From Parasitella parasitica NRRL 2501 (Eukaryota > Fungi > Mucoromycota), in assembly GCA_025201805.1 (NCBI GenBank), contig MU619272.1, forward strand, positions 62,001 to 126,000: a stretch of 64,000 nt of DNA, read 5' to 3'. Shown here one piece after another: positions 1-12,418 of the stretch. The notes under the pieces were generated by a model. It was not told the DNA's origin, did no database searches, and saw only the letters and a program-made list of their open reading frames with translations. Each line of letters starts with the position of its first letter. The first letter of the stretch is position 1. The translations under genes and the position numbers were made by a program.

Positions 1-2076
1 AGAAGTAATAGCCAAGCTTATTTCACTATTTCACGGCTGAATGTAAAATGCATCATAATCCATTTGATGTGGAAATGCTCTTTGGATCAAGGCGATGAAA
101 AAGGAGTGCAATTATTTTAGCTACATGTCTTAATGAATGACTCTTTCGAATTGTTAGTGTTTAGTTTGGTTGAGCTTGATGTACATCATGGATCGATTAG
201 TCATATTCTATGCAATAATAATAGAGCTAAGTCAATTACATGATATAGCGCGCAATTATAAATACGAGCCTGTTCATTTTTTAAACAAATATCACGCATC
301 TTGAAGCAAAGTTACGTACTCATTTGAATTGCGCCTATCAAAAACAATTTATCATTAGAATCCAACAAGAACATTCTCCCCTTTTCTTGAACCCCCTCTT
401 TTTTACATGTGGGCTTAAATCAACTATCATATACATGTACATGTACATATGCAATGCAGTCAATCACCTGAGCGTTTTATTATTATAATGCCTCATATTC
501 AACCAAACAGCACCCGAAAATTTGGTTTGCAAACAACGCTCTCCTCGTCTCCTTGAATCAGAGAAGTCGTAATTAAAAAAAAAAAAAAAAAAAGAAACGC
601 TGTATAACTAAATATTTAAGAAACCTTACGGATCAAGTTAGAAAAAATCTAGTATAAAAAGAGGCAAATTTTATTTTATTATCAAAATTCCTTAAAGAAT
701 TAAAAGATCAATTGGTGAACAAATGTCAACATAAAAAAAAACAAAACAAAACATAAAGTCGAAACATGCAAAAAAGGAATATTATTTATCACTTTTCTCT
801 TCATAAACTCACTAAACATACCTAGTGGATAAAACGCATTGCTTTAGGAAGCTGTCATTTGTGAACATCTCCAATGACTATTTGTAACAATAGATAATTG
901 TACACTACAAGTATGTTTTTTACATCTTATATGGCAGTTTATTATATGGAACGGTTTACAGCATTAGTTAGGATAAACTATCTGACCTCTTTTATCTGTA
1001 TGACAGATACTAAAGAAATAACCTTATTATATGAATTTTTTTGTTATCTTGGGCAAAAAAAAAGTATAACAGCATAGATCAGCCCAGATAACGGCAATAT
1101 AAAATATGTAACAGAAAGACCCTCTAAGCTACTGCAATGAGCTGCTTATTTATATATAACACCTTTTTTTTTGTGATATTTACGAAGAAATAGTTTATTT
1201 CACTCTTGAGCGAGAAATGATCTGCAAGCCCCTGGCAAAATAAACCTCCTGATCGGGTATAGTAAGAAGAGCGTAATTTTCTATTTATGATAGACACTGA
1301 TACATGAATGCATGCATCAATGGGGTACTTTTGGAATTTTTAAGATTTTTTCAATTTTAGTAAAAATTAGATATAAGATGGGCAATTCATAATGCAACAT
1401 TAATTTTGCTATGTTTATCAATGGTGTAAAATAATAAGACAGAAAAAGATAAATAGGTGGTGGGAAAGAAGAAACGAAGAGACACCAAAGATGGTTTGAA
1501 CTGATAAAGATAAACCTGATATACGTGTATACGAAAATAAAGCACTTGGTTTTTTGTACATGCTTCATGATAATAATAACGCATTTACATGACACTTATT
1601 TATTCCCTTGACATGCTTCTTTTTTCTTTTTAGCGACTTCAATTCACATAATCACATCTCAAATCAACAGTGATATACTCGCAGCTACACTAACAATTGC
1701 ATGTTTTGTTCATAATAAATATTTTGATGCAGTAAATAACTATCTGAGGGGAGAAGGGTACGCACCAATAAAGGAGTTGTATAAGATCATGTATGTTCAA
1801 ATGTACAGAGATTTTTATCTGTACAAAACAAGTAAATACTAGTGTTTTCCCAAGTTTCCCCCTGGAAATTTGCCTTCTAAATGTATTTTGAAAGGGGAAA
1901 AAAAGTACGGAAGAAAATAACCACATAGAGCGTAAAGGAGTTGGTAGCATTTTCTTGCATCTATACAAACAACAGAAGCCCCTGAATCAAGCAATAAATA
2001 AATGAGATCTGTGCTTGATGCTAGCGAAAAACAAGCACTTTTTTTTTTCTATTTCAAATCATTTCAAAAAGTAAAC

Positions 2077-2916
2077 ATGGTTTTGATCAAACGTGAGTCC
2101 TCGACTGATGATAATGGTAACTATGCAACTACCACAACAAAATACGGGTCTACTCCTACCAATGGCTACAACAACAATAACAATAATAATAACAATAACG
2201 GCTACAATAATAATATGGGTAATAATGGCAATAATGGCTATGGCAGTAATAACAACAGTAATGGAGGTAGCAACGGCTACGGCTCTAGCGGAAATGGCTA
2301 TAACAACAATAACAGCAATAACAATAACAATAACAATAACAACAGTAATGGTTATAGCAACAATAATAGTAACAATGGTGGCAACAATGGTTATTCAAAC
2401 CCTTCCAGCAACACCAACAACGGTTATAACAACAACAATAATGGCGGTAACGTGAACAACAACAATGTTCCGGTGCCAAATAACAATAATAACGGCTATA
2501 ACAGCAACAGCAACAGCAACAGCAACAACGGCTATAACAGCAACAACAACGCCAACAATAATAATTGGCCTGTAAACAGCAATAGTAATGGCTACAACAA
2601 CAACAACAACGGGTACAGCAACAATAACAACAACAACAACAACAACGTCCCTTCCTACTTGCCAAATGAATACGGAAATGAAAACAAAATGAATCCCAAA
2701 GTCATTATTATTGTTGTTTCTGTTATTTGCGGTGTCGGCTTAATTGCTGCTGTTGGATTATTCTTTTTCTGCAGAAAGAGAAGGGAAAAGAAGAAAGAGA
2801 ATATGGCAAATGCATTTTTCGAGTTCTCTGCTGATAAGCCTGATGATTTAAAGAAAAGCAAATCACCAGGAGCATTAAAAAAGAAATTCCAGTCTTCGCC
2901 TGTCAGTACGCTATAA
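2077..2916 (+). CDS. Asn/Gly/Tyr-rich low-complexity single-pass membrane protein
   Basis: ATG at 2077 (MVLIKRESS...). About 190 aa of NNGY-type repeats, one hydrophobic helix (VIIIVVSVICGVGLIAAVGLFFFC), then a basic stop-transfer stretch (RKRREKKKE). Confidence 0.8.
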   Translation: MVLIKRESSTDDNGNYATTTTKYGSTPTNGYNNNNNNNNNNGYNNNMGNNGNNGYGSNNNSNGGSNGYGSSGNGYNNNNSNNNNNNNNNSNGYSNNNSNNGGNNGYSNPSSNTNNGYNNNNNGGNVNNNNVPVPNNNNNGYNSNSNSNSNNGYNSNNNANNNNWPVNSNSNGYNNNNNGYSNNNNNNNNNVPSYLPNEYGNENKMNPKVIIIVVSVICGVGLIAAVGLFFFCRKRREKKKENMANAFFEFSADKPDDLKKSKSPGALKKKFQSSPVSTL

Positions 2917-3051
2917 TAAAATAGTATAATACATGTAAAATACGATGCTCTCGCATCTTCTCCCCATTATTTCGTAACGATTAGCTAGGCCAATACAAAT
3001 CTATTATTCAAAGGCAAGTGGCTGGTTAATAAACAATATTTAATATTTTAT

Positions 3052-4948
3052 TTACAAAAGAAACTTTGCTACAAATGCAGAAACAGCTAATGTTGTAGTG
3101 AAAGAGACAATATTATGACTAGCGCTAGATACATTGCCGCTGGTAGCAGCATTGTTCTTCTTCTCGTCAATTTCTTCCTTTTCATAATTAGTAGCATCCC
3201 AAGTATTTTCAGAAATATAGGGGCCCAAAGGAGGCAAATCATCAACGTCATTAAAGTTCAATTGCTGCTGAATAGCAACTGATCTAGCATTGACCCATTC
3301 AGCGACACCCATACTCTCACCATCAGTAGCGTTCAGGTTGTTCTCAAAGTTCCAGATAGTCCATAAAGGCTTAATGCCAACAGATTTAGGCTCAAGGCCA
3401 AGGTCGAATTCAACATCCTCCTTGAGCATTTGTTTCCAGGCTTCAAGGCGAGGATTGATAGCGCTGGCTTTAAAGAAACGCTTAACAATGGTCTGAACAA
3501 CCTTTTCAAATTCGGCCTTGTAGTAGGGAGACTTGAGAATAACATCAATCAAAGGGCGTTGGGAATCAGGACGAGTAAAGTTTTCATAGGGTGTCGTAGA
3601 CATATAACGAGGGGCACCGAGACCAAAGGTTTCGTCAAAATCGTAGCTGATAAACGTCCATTGGTTGGAGCTAGTCTCCTTGGTGAGGTAGTAGTTACTA
3701 GCTTGATGCCAGAAACCATCCCAAGAGCCAGAAAGAAAGTTCAAGGCCATATGGATCATAAGGTTCTGGGGATTAAGGAGCTTTTCAAGATTGCCCTTAC
3801 TGGCTTCATCAACCGCTTGAGTAGGGTCAATGGCAGCAAGTTGCTTGATAAATTCGATAAGAGGAGTCTTTTCATTCGTAACATTCATATCCTTTTTCAT
3901 ATTGCCTTCATCTTCGAGCTTGTAGATGGTATCGTTGTAAGATTCTTGCAAATCGTCCTTGTAGACAAGATTACCCTCGACTGATGGGTTCAGTGCATTA
4001 CCCTTGTAGGTAGGGCCCGTGTATTGGAATTTTTGATTACCACCACGCAAAGCAGCGTTGATAAAATTAGTAGTTGAATCATCAATCATCAAGTACAAGC
4101 CATAGGGCTCGTTGTTTACAATGAGACGAGCAAAGCTGCCTTGAAGAGTAGCGCCACCTGAAGCGGCCAAACAATCAAGCATCAGCTTTTCACGGCTACA
4201 GATGCATGCATGCATGAAGTTTAGTATACAAAAAATCATGTAGGTGGAAGATCAAGAAAACTTACACAAAAGTGGGATCAGTTTCATGAGCTCTCAATTT
4301 AATGGTTGTACGACCATACAGGAGTTCTTTAGGACCAGCCGTTGTAAATTCATTGAGCTTGATCTTGTAAGATTGCTTTGCAAAGTCTTTGGTCGATTGG
4401 CCACTGTTCTTGATGCCAGCATTAGTAAAAGAAAAGGCTTCCTTGTTGGCGATATAAGTCATTCTGGAAACTTGAGTATAATCAAAATCACCCAGGGGAT
4501 TCGCCAAAATCTCACCAAATCCGGTGGCATTTGCTTCCAAAATAATGGTAGCAATTTCATCAGAACGGTTCATGTTGCTTTGGAGAGGATGGTAGATTGG
4601 ATTGAAAGCCTGAGGGAGAGCAGGGACGGTGAAGAGAGTTTGGGTTCTATTAAAGAATTCGTTACCAGTAGTAGTGATGCCAGCCTGCTGAGTGCGGAGG
4701 TGGGTCTCGACGGTATTACCAGCACCACCAGTGATGGAATACTGGTATTGTTCACCAGCAGGAGCAACACCTTTGAAAATATTAGGGAACTCGGATGATC
4801 TGGTTAAAGGATAGGCTTGACCGCCGACAATGACAGCTACATTTTGTTGATCTTGAGGAAATGCAACTACGGAATACTCGACATCTGCAGCTTGAATAAG
4901 TTGAAAGGAAAGGACAGCTAGACTGAGGTAGCCAACAAAGGATCTCAT
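3052..4948 (-). CDS. cotH: CotH-family spore-coat protein / atypical kinase, secreted, probably GPI-anchored
   Basis: Signal peptide MRSFVGYLSLAVLSFQLIQA. GT-AG intron 4196-4265 joins ...DPTFV/REKLM... CotH motifs SGQSTKDFAKQSYKIK, KLRA..TDPT..RE, YGLYLMIDD, WDGFW..ASNYYL, YDFDETFG. Ser/Ala-rich then hydrophobic C-terminus. Confidence 0.92.
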
Positions 4949-6529
4949 TCTTGTAACTTGTATGTATGCAGGTCTATAAGGTGTATGTTTTATTCTTGTC
5001 TAGTTCAAGATGATAGGCCTCATATTTATATGAATTTATGAGTTTGTAGAATACCCAGAATAATGTAAAATATTTAGTTTTCCTCATCTTCTGTGTATAA
5101 TATAGAGTCGATTGTCTTTGAATGTTGTGTGTGCGCGTGTGTGTATGCGCGTGTGTGTGCTTCAATCTTTTTTTAGAAATGCAATTGCCTTTTTGTTCCA
5201 TTAGAGCTGTTACTTGTAAAGCCTTTAGCCTGCAAAACGCGATCTAAGCCCTTGAAAGTACATAAAAACTAGACTGACATGCCTAGCAATTACGCCTTGG
5301 CATTCAAGTATGATAGCTTTGCAAGAAATAATCTGGTTATAAAGTAGTCTGCAAAAAAAAAAACACTTTAGTTTTTTTCCGAGATTGACGGAATGTCCGA
5401 GTTTTCCATCACTTCCTCAAAGTCTTTTAATGATTTTCACGACATAATACAAATTAATACTGTTTGACTACTTAAACATTCCCGCTATTATAATGGCTGT
5501 AGTTTATGCATTTATTGCATGTATTACGTATATTGAGTCCTCTTTTCTTAACTGCATTAGCAAACAATTGCGCACAAAGGAATTGAAATGAACCAAAAAA
5601 GTTGATCTTATAAGTTCTTGAGTCGTCTTTATAGTAAACCGACCTGATTTTCAATATACGTATAGGGCAAAAGTGCCCTTTATGACTCCTGTGCATGTAT
5701 AGTTTGTAGAAACTACGACCTTTCTTGCTGGAAAGATATCAAATCCGTGTAACATGGTAAATAGCACGCCCACACACGTTTACAATCGCTTGTGCGACTA
5801 ACATAAAATGATTATGCGTTTTTAGCGTTGTCTGTATAAATACAGTACAAGCGAGGATTGCGACCTCGTTTCTTGTATTTTATTCTTCCACTATTCGAAA
5901 TTAGAAGGTTGGACACAACCTGTATAAAGTTATATATTGGGCTAAAGTAAAAATGTCACCTTTTTTTTTTTTTTATTGTAAGTGAACAAAGTCGGTGGCC
6001 AAAGTTTCGGTACCATTGACATTCGGGAGCGTCAACTTTCTAGTATTCAGTACAGGCCACTAACACAGATGTAGTTTGAGGGATTTTACTCGAAAGAGAG
6101 CCCGAACCATGCTGTCAATCCACTCATCCATTAACGTTACTTTCCTTGAAGCTTAAAGGGAGCAAGACAACTTTTTTTTTAGAGATAAATGATGCATTTT
6201 TAGAATGAAATTACTCTGTTTATTCAGTCAAAAATCCATTTGATACATTGAGAAAGTCTTGTCTGAGCTTATTTTCAACCTTTTGCGGCATGAGATGTTA
6301 TAAATGACTGTAGGCTTTGCAGAAATCAGAGAAGGATTGAAGCATCCTAAAAATACATGACTTATGTGGCGTTTCATTTACATCTAAAAATAAAATTGTT
6401 TGACATTGGACTGAAAAATTTACAACCAATATAATAGAATCTTGAGTTTATTTCATCACGCAAAGTGGAACAATATCGTAACAGAACAATACTGATGCCT
6501 ATCCTGATATATGACGCACACCAAATCTC

Positions 6530-7547
6530 CTACGCTCGACAAATAGCATGACTAGATGTGGTTAGTTGTTGCATGTGTCGATTATTCTGCAATTCGATTT
6601 GATCGACTTTCAACGGAACGGCGCTATCATTGAATAAAACTGGTTTTATAAAATCAGCAGTAAGCGATGTATCTGACAGCTTTAATTTTTTCAATTTGGT
6701 GCCTCTAGGTACGTTGTTGAAAAACTCAAACAAGGTTTTGTCACTGATCTGTTGTCCCTCTAGTTCGATTTGTGTTAATTCCAAGCAAGCGGCGGGATCA
6801 TGAGGAGTGAGTAATTTCGATAATGTGTTTCCCAGTTCGGCAGTGAGTAGATCTCTACAGCTAATAATTGTTAATGATTGCAGTCTTGGATGAGTCTTGC
6901 AGAAATCAAGCAGTTCTTGAGGAGTGACAGCGTCCATTTGGATCAGCTTTATAGATTTGAGGTTTCTTTGTGGTAACGTCATGAAAGCAGATGCTAGTAA
7001 TGGAGTTGTTTTGAGCGTGACATGTTGAAGCTGTGCAAGGCCGGAAAAATCGCAATCCAACATGAATGGATAAGAATCAATGCCGCCCATCCATAACGTG
7101 TGCAGCTCAGTGTTATATTTAGTTATTTCTTGGATAGTCTCTGTTTTTAATGTAGTTGGATGTCCTAGCGTCATTTCTACGATATTTGGGCAACATCTGA
7201 CTAGTTTAGATGCTCTCATGTCAATGCCGTACTTGTTTACTGGGGTTAAATCGATGGACCTGATGAAGCTTCCGTACGGCAGAATTGAGTTAGGTGATGT
7301 TACAGTTTTGACAAAACTGATGAAGGTTAAATAATTCTTGATGCGATAATGTCTATTTTAAAAGCTTAAGTATCAATTTGGGGAGGAGGGAGAGTGTCGC
7401 TGCATACCTATACAAAATTTGACATACAAAATAGGCCCATGATTTGTTCACCGTAATAGCAACCTTTGTGAATGAGCTATCGCTATTGATTTCAAGTGCA
7501 TATTTGCAAATAACTTGTTGCAAATCTAGAGGTATTTTAGGAACCAT
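6530..7547 (-). CDS. F-box-like / RNI-like leucine-rich repeat protein
   Basis: MVPKIPLDLQQVICKY...VNKSW....ILYR (F-box-like). Intron 7353-7407 splices in frame into the 229-aa LRR ORF (PYGSFIRSIDL, CCPNIVEMTL). Confidence 0.75.
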
Positions 7548-9039
7548 TTGAACCTGGGATAATGTGTGAGAAGAATGAGAAGGCAAAGTTTCCACAAAAG
7601 CAAGACCAAAAAGAATAGCCGCAATCCCTAGTTGTCGGACCTCCATCACAGGTCAATGCGCTTCACTTGCATCTGACACTTTTAATCTTGCCTGCATTGT
7701 GGTCACCGAAAGGCTATTTATCACCAATTCAACTGCCCATAGCTACACTAATTGGGCTTTCAAGAGTTATATTTACTATCTGGTGCATCTCTATTATGAG
7801 AATAGTAGTCAATTTTCTGTTATAGTGTATTTTAGTCGAAAGCATTCCAATTTACCCTAACGTTGATATTTATTGGCATGGAATTATCAAGCCCCGGAAC
7901 ATACACTGCGTAATTTAAATGTAAATGGAAGGAATCGGCTTATATTTCTGACATGTTGAACCTAACATGTAAAAGCTTCAATATATTAAGAAAAATATAG
8001 ACGAGTCAGCACAAATTAACGCATCGGCTTCATATCAAAACATGTAACATAGGAAAACAGAGCAATTTTTTTTCACAATATTCAACGTGATTTTCTACAA
8101 ACTACAATATGGAGATTATTTCTCAACATTTTGCTAGCCATGCAAAATTGTTTATTAATTTTGCGCATGTCTTTTTTCTTTTCTTTAGCTGAGCTCGCAT
8201 ACCGTATTTCCGTTTTAATTCTTGATCCATTGTTTCAGCCATCTACTCCAGATATGATAAAAGTGTTCTTACAAGACCCTGCTATTTCATGAAAAAAAAG
8301 TCAAACACAATAACAGTTGTACTGGTCCAAATGGTGTAACCAAATTGAATTTCATGCCAGTGCACAGAGCCTCCAATAAACTGCCTAGGATCTTGCTCAT
8401 CATCGTTCAGTTGATGCGATATATATTGAAAAGATAAGATAAAAGGCTTGCGAGCAATCGGAAATTCTGATCATTTGCTTTAATATGCAGTTTATGCATA
8501 AATATCTTTATTGCTGAGAAATCAAGTTCTTGTTGATTTTATATTTTATCATGGTAAGAAGACAGAAGATACGCACCTTATCCATCAAGTATTGCCATGA
8601 ATACTATTTTTATTTTTTAATAAAATGAGATTGTTGCGCCATCAATAAAATGATTGCGTGCAATGTTTATTTCATCAGATATTGACGCTTTTTACACAAA
8701 TCGGGCTATATATTCTTTCCCATATCTTGGATTTTAGTCTTTTAAAGGGTAGTCAGCATATATAATACTATGAATACTTTTATACGTTACAATAGCTAAA
8801 TAACACAATATTTAGGCTTATTGTTCCTTGGATTAAGCAAGGACAACGAGTTTGCCAGCTACCAGTGTAACCTTTAATATCCTGATATAGAATTTGGGGC
8901 AGAATCGCGCAATCATTTGCTAAAATCAACTAAATAATGGTTAATACTATGGGAAAATGTGATATTTCGATAGTATATATAAATAACAAGTTCAATAGGG
9001 TATTCCACTGATATCTATCAAAGAAAAGCATACTTAAAA

Positions 9040-10325
9040 ATGGCCCCTCCTAACACTGACGTTATTATTCAAGAAATTGAAAAACTCAACCTTCAAAATC
9101 TTGCTCGCACCAAGGGAAACTATCTTGTCTACCCTGATGACAAGGTAAGCTGTTATATAATCTAACTTGAGAATGCTTACTCATTTCTATATGTATTCAT
9201 CCAGTATCCTGAGCTCGAATTATTTGATCATCAAGATCCTGGACATCGTGGTGACCCTGCAAAAGCTTCCCTCTTCAAGAGTGCTGAAAAGGTCTTTGAT
9301 TTAACCCCTCATATCGGTACCGAAATCCATGGCCTTCAATTAAATGCTTTGAGCGATACTCAAAAGGATGATTTGGCCTTGCTGGTTGCTGAGCGTGGTG
9401 TTGTCTTCTTTAGAGATCAAGACATTGATGTTTATCAAGCTCGTGAATGGGCCAAGCATTTCGGCCCTCTGTAAGTTGTTATACCAAGCAAATTTAAAGG
9501 GCAATTTACTAATAGTTATTATAGTCATGTACACAATACATTCGGCCATCCTCCTGGTCTCCCTGAAGTTCACGTCGTTTATTTTGATACGGAAACTCTC
9601 AAGAAATACAAAACTATCGGTGGTGTTAACCTTCAAGGAGCTAGAAGTGCTGCTGATGGCTGGCATTCAGATGTTACATACGACAATCAGCCTGGTGGTC
9701 TCACTTTGCTTAAGGTAACAGTTTAGCATATACATAGCTCTCATGAGTTTATTACTAATCCACTATACAGATTGATACTTTGCCACAAACTGGTGGCGAT
9801 ACTCTTTGGTCATCTAGTTATGCTGCCTATGACAGGCTCTCTCCTGCTTTCCAAAAATTCGTTGAGGGTTTAGAAGCTGTTCATTCCGGTCAACAGCAAG
9901 TAGATGAAGCTATCAATGCTAATCATGTTGTTCGCCGCAAGAATTGGACCTCTATCCACCCTGTTGTCCGTACTCATCCTGTTACGGGCTGGAAAGCTCT
10001 CTTTGTCCAGCCTGGATTTACTCGCTCCATTGTTGGTCTTTCTAAGCGTGAATCAGACATTGTGCTCCAATATCTCTTTGACCATATAAGCGGTGGCGTC
10101 GATTTCCAAGTTCGTTTCAAATGGGAGGAAAATAGTGTTGCCGTTTGGGATAATCGCGTAACTAACCATAATGCTGTATTCGATTATCTCGAGTTTGGAA
10201 AGAGACATGGCTGGAGAGTTACTCCTCAAGGTGAAAAGCCCTACTTTGACCCCAAGAGTAAGTCTAAGAGACAAGATCTTGCCGAGAAAGCTGAAGCAGA
10301 AGCCAAGAAGAATGCCGCCAAGTGA
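9040..10325 (+). CDS. TauD/TfdA-family 2-oxoglutarate-dependent (sulfonate) dioxygenase
   Basis: Four exons. DLTPHIGTEIHG, ERGVVFFRDQD, GWHSDVTY (HxD), GGDTLW, HPVVRTHPVTGWKALFV, WDNR...H...R motifs. Confidence 0.93.
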
Positions 10326-10609
10326 TACAAACACAGTTGTACTATTATTATTATTATTATCCAATCCCTCGAATATCATCAATAAATAAAATGTATCCTA
10401 AATTACACATTCCAGTAACTTTACTTGCCCCAAGTGGTTCATCTATAAAATATATAATGGTATGCCTCATACCTTTGCTACAGAGCTGTCGTGTATCAAT
10501 TGAGCTGCTTGAGGTGGGCCGAAACACCTGACTCGTGTAATGCGTGGCAATAAATTGTAAAATTGGACGACAGCATACCAGTACCTTTTTCTTTATCAAA
10601 GAGCAATAA

Positions 10610-12250
10610 ATGGATCGTCTTCCACTTGAGGTGTTCAACGAAATTACTTCCTACTTGACATGCAGAGAAAAGCAAAAGCTTTTGCTAGTTTGCCAATATT
10701 GGCACAAGGTGATAAAAAATGGCAACCTATTCAACAATTTCTCGACCAAAGGCCGCCCAAAGTTTGAAGCTTGCGCATCATTTTTCGAGCAGAACGAGAC
10801 TCACAGAAAACAAGTTAAAATCTTACGCTTCACCAAGCCAGAGGCTAGTCTTGATTATATCCTGACTATACCTGAACGGTTTCCTTGTTTACTGGACTTT
10901 GTTTGGGCTAATTATGGTGCTTCCGATTACAAAAATGGTGTCCAAATCGACAATGAAAAAGTTGAGCACTGGAGGAATCTCACTCGGTTTGGCGAAATCA
11001 ATCGCTATCCTCTGTCGATAGATATTTTGAAATTTGGTGGATTTTGCAACCTGACTCAATTGACAATCAACTTTCATTTCAGCGATACCGATTGCAGACC
11101 GCTTGTTGAACAGCTTGCCTATGCTCCGAAGCTTAAGCTGCTGGACTTGGCGAGTGCTAAAATGACGCTGGTTGACTTGGAATTGTTACACTGCAACACA
11201 CCGCAGTTAAATACGCTTTACTTAAGCCAAATCATGCAAGAGCGAAGCGAGGCATTCGACGCGCAACTAGAGGAACAAGAGGCAGGAATGGGAGCCGTAA
11301 GTAAGGCCAACGCATTGACAAGCTTAAGGGTCCGAAACATGAGATTGCCTGCTGGCGGTTTTGGACTTTTGGCTCCCTGGATGACATACATGGCTGGAAA
11401 GTACCGCCACATAGAACGTTTGACAATAGACGGCGTGGGAATGATAAGGGGAAGGCAGGATTACTACGAGAGTCTATTGGCAAACATTGTAACTGGATGT
11501 CCTCATCTCACATCATATAGAGTCAACATATTCCCAATTACACCAACCCTCTTGGCGGCAATGGACAAGAGTGGCGCCCAATTGAAACGAATCGACCTGG
11601 TAGAAGACCCAACCGTGGAGCAATTGGGCCATCTAATGAGCTCTGGCCAGAGCGATTCTTTAGAGACAATCACTATGAATGACACACACCTCGATGCGAA
11701 TCAACTTTTCAAAGAGTTGGAAGGCTTCTCGAAACTCAAGCATCTGGAAGTTGGAAACAGAGTTATGAAGCCTATCTTCCTCGATGCTGCGTTTCATGGA
11801 TTAAAAAGTTTGGAGACACTCAGGTTATCGACATGGGACATTTGCCTTGAATCTCACTCTGTGAGCAGTGTTCAAACCAAGTTGAGAAGCCTGACGCTGG
11901 AAAAAGTAGTGATAAACAACGAAGACATGAACGTTATGTCGTTCATATCTAAAGCATGTCCTGATTTATCCAAGTTATCAATCCAAGGGCAAATCGAGGA
12001 TCTAAACAAAGTGTTCAGAGTGGAATTCCCCCACCATTACTTTACCCTGATCAAGCTCGACATCTTGAGCAATGAATACTACAAAGTGAGCAATCACCAC
12101 AAAACCGTATGGTACAGATTCAAAGACAGACGCCTCCAGGAATCATTGCAAGACGATAATGCTGTCCTAAACGAACGACCACACGTTTCAATTGTGTACG
12201 AAGGCACAACTAGCTTGGACGTTGGAGGGACCGACATCCCAAACTGGTAG
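10610..12250 (+). CDS. F-box + LRR (RNI-like) protein
   Basis: Intronless 546-aa ORF. N-terminal LPLEVFNEITSYL...LLVCQYW F-box followed by LxxLxL repeats. Confidence 0.85.
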   Translation: MDRLPLEVFNEITSYLTCREKQKLLLVCQYWHKVIKNGNLFNNFSTKGRPKFEACASFFEQNETHRKQVKILRFTKPEASLDYILTIPERFPCLLDFVWANYGASDYKNGVQIDNEKVEHWRNLTRFGEINRYPLSIDILKFGGFCNLTQLTINFHFSDTDCRPLVEQLAYAPKLKLLDLASAKMTLVDLELLHCNTPQLNTLYLSQIMQERSEAFDAQLEEQEAGMGAVSKANALTSLRVRNMRLPAGGFGLLAPWMTYMAGKYRHIERLTIDGVGMIRGRQDYYESLLANIVTGCPHLTSYRVNIFPITPTLLAAMDKSGAQLKRIDLVEDPTVEQLGHLMSSGQSDSLETITMNDTHLDANQLFKELEGFSKLKHLEVGNRVMKPIFLDAAFHGLKSLETLRLSTWDICLESHSVSSVQTKLRSLTLEKVVINNEDMNVMSFISKACPDLSKLSIQGQIEDLNKVFRVEFPHHYFTLIKLDILSNEYYKVSNHHKTVWYRFKDRRLQESLQDDNAVLNERPHVSIVYEGTTSLDVGGTDIPNW

Positions 12251-12418
12251 TTTATAACCCGGGAAAAACTCGTTTTGAAATGTGTAATACTAGCGCGGCA
12301 AGACAGCGTATTTCTCACCCAAAAGTGTGGCATAATCCGAAACACCGAATACTGCCATATAATAATAAACGCTTTCTCTTTTTGCAGCCTTCTCTTTTAT
12401 ACTTCATTCTTCTGCGGC

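Noticed and set aside
1-2000. Short ORFs at 1317-1968
   Set aside because: AT-rich, no domain or splice pattern; probably upstream regulatory DNA.
2093-2665. Poly-Cys and Thr/Ile-rich ORFs
   Set aside because: Alternative-frame and antisense shadows of the AAC/AAT-rich gene.
9040-12250. Metabolic gene cluster around the TauD dioxygenase
   Set aside because: Neighbours are F-box and WD40 genes; no backbone enzyme or transporter.
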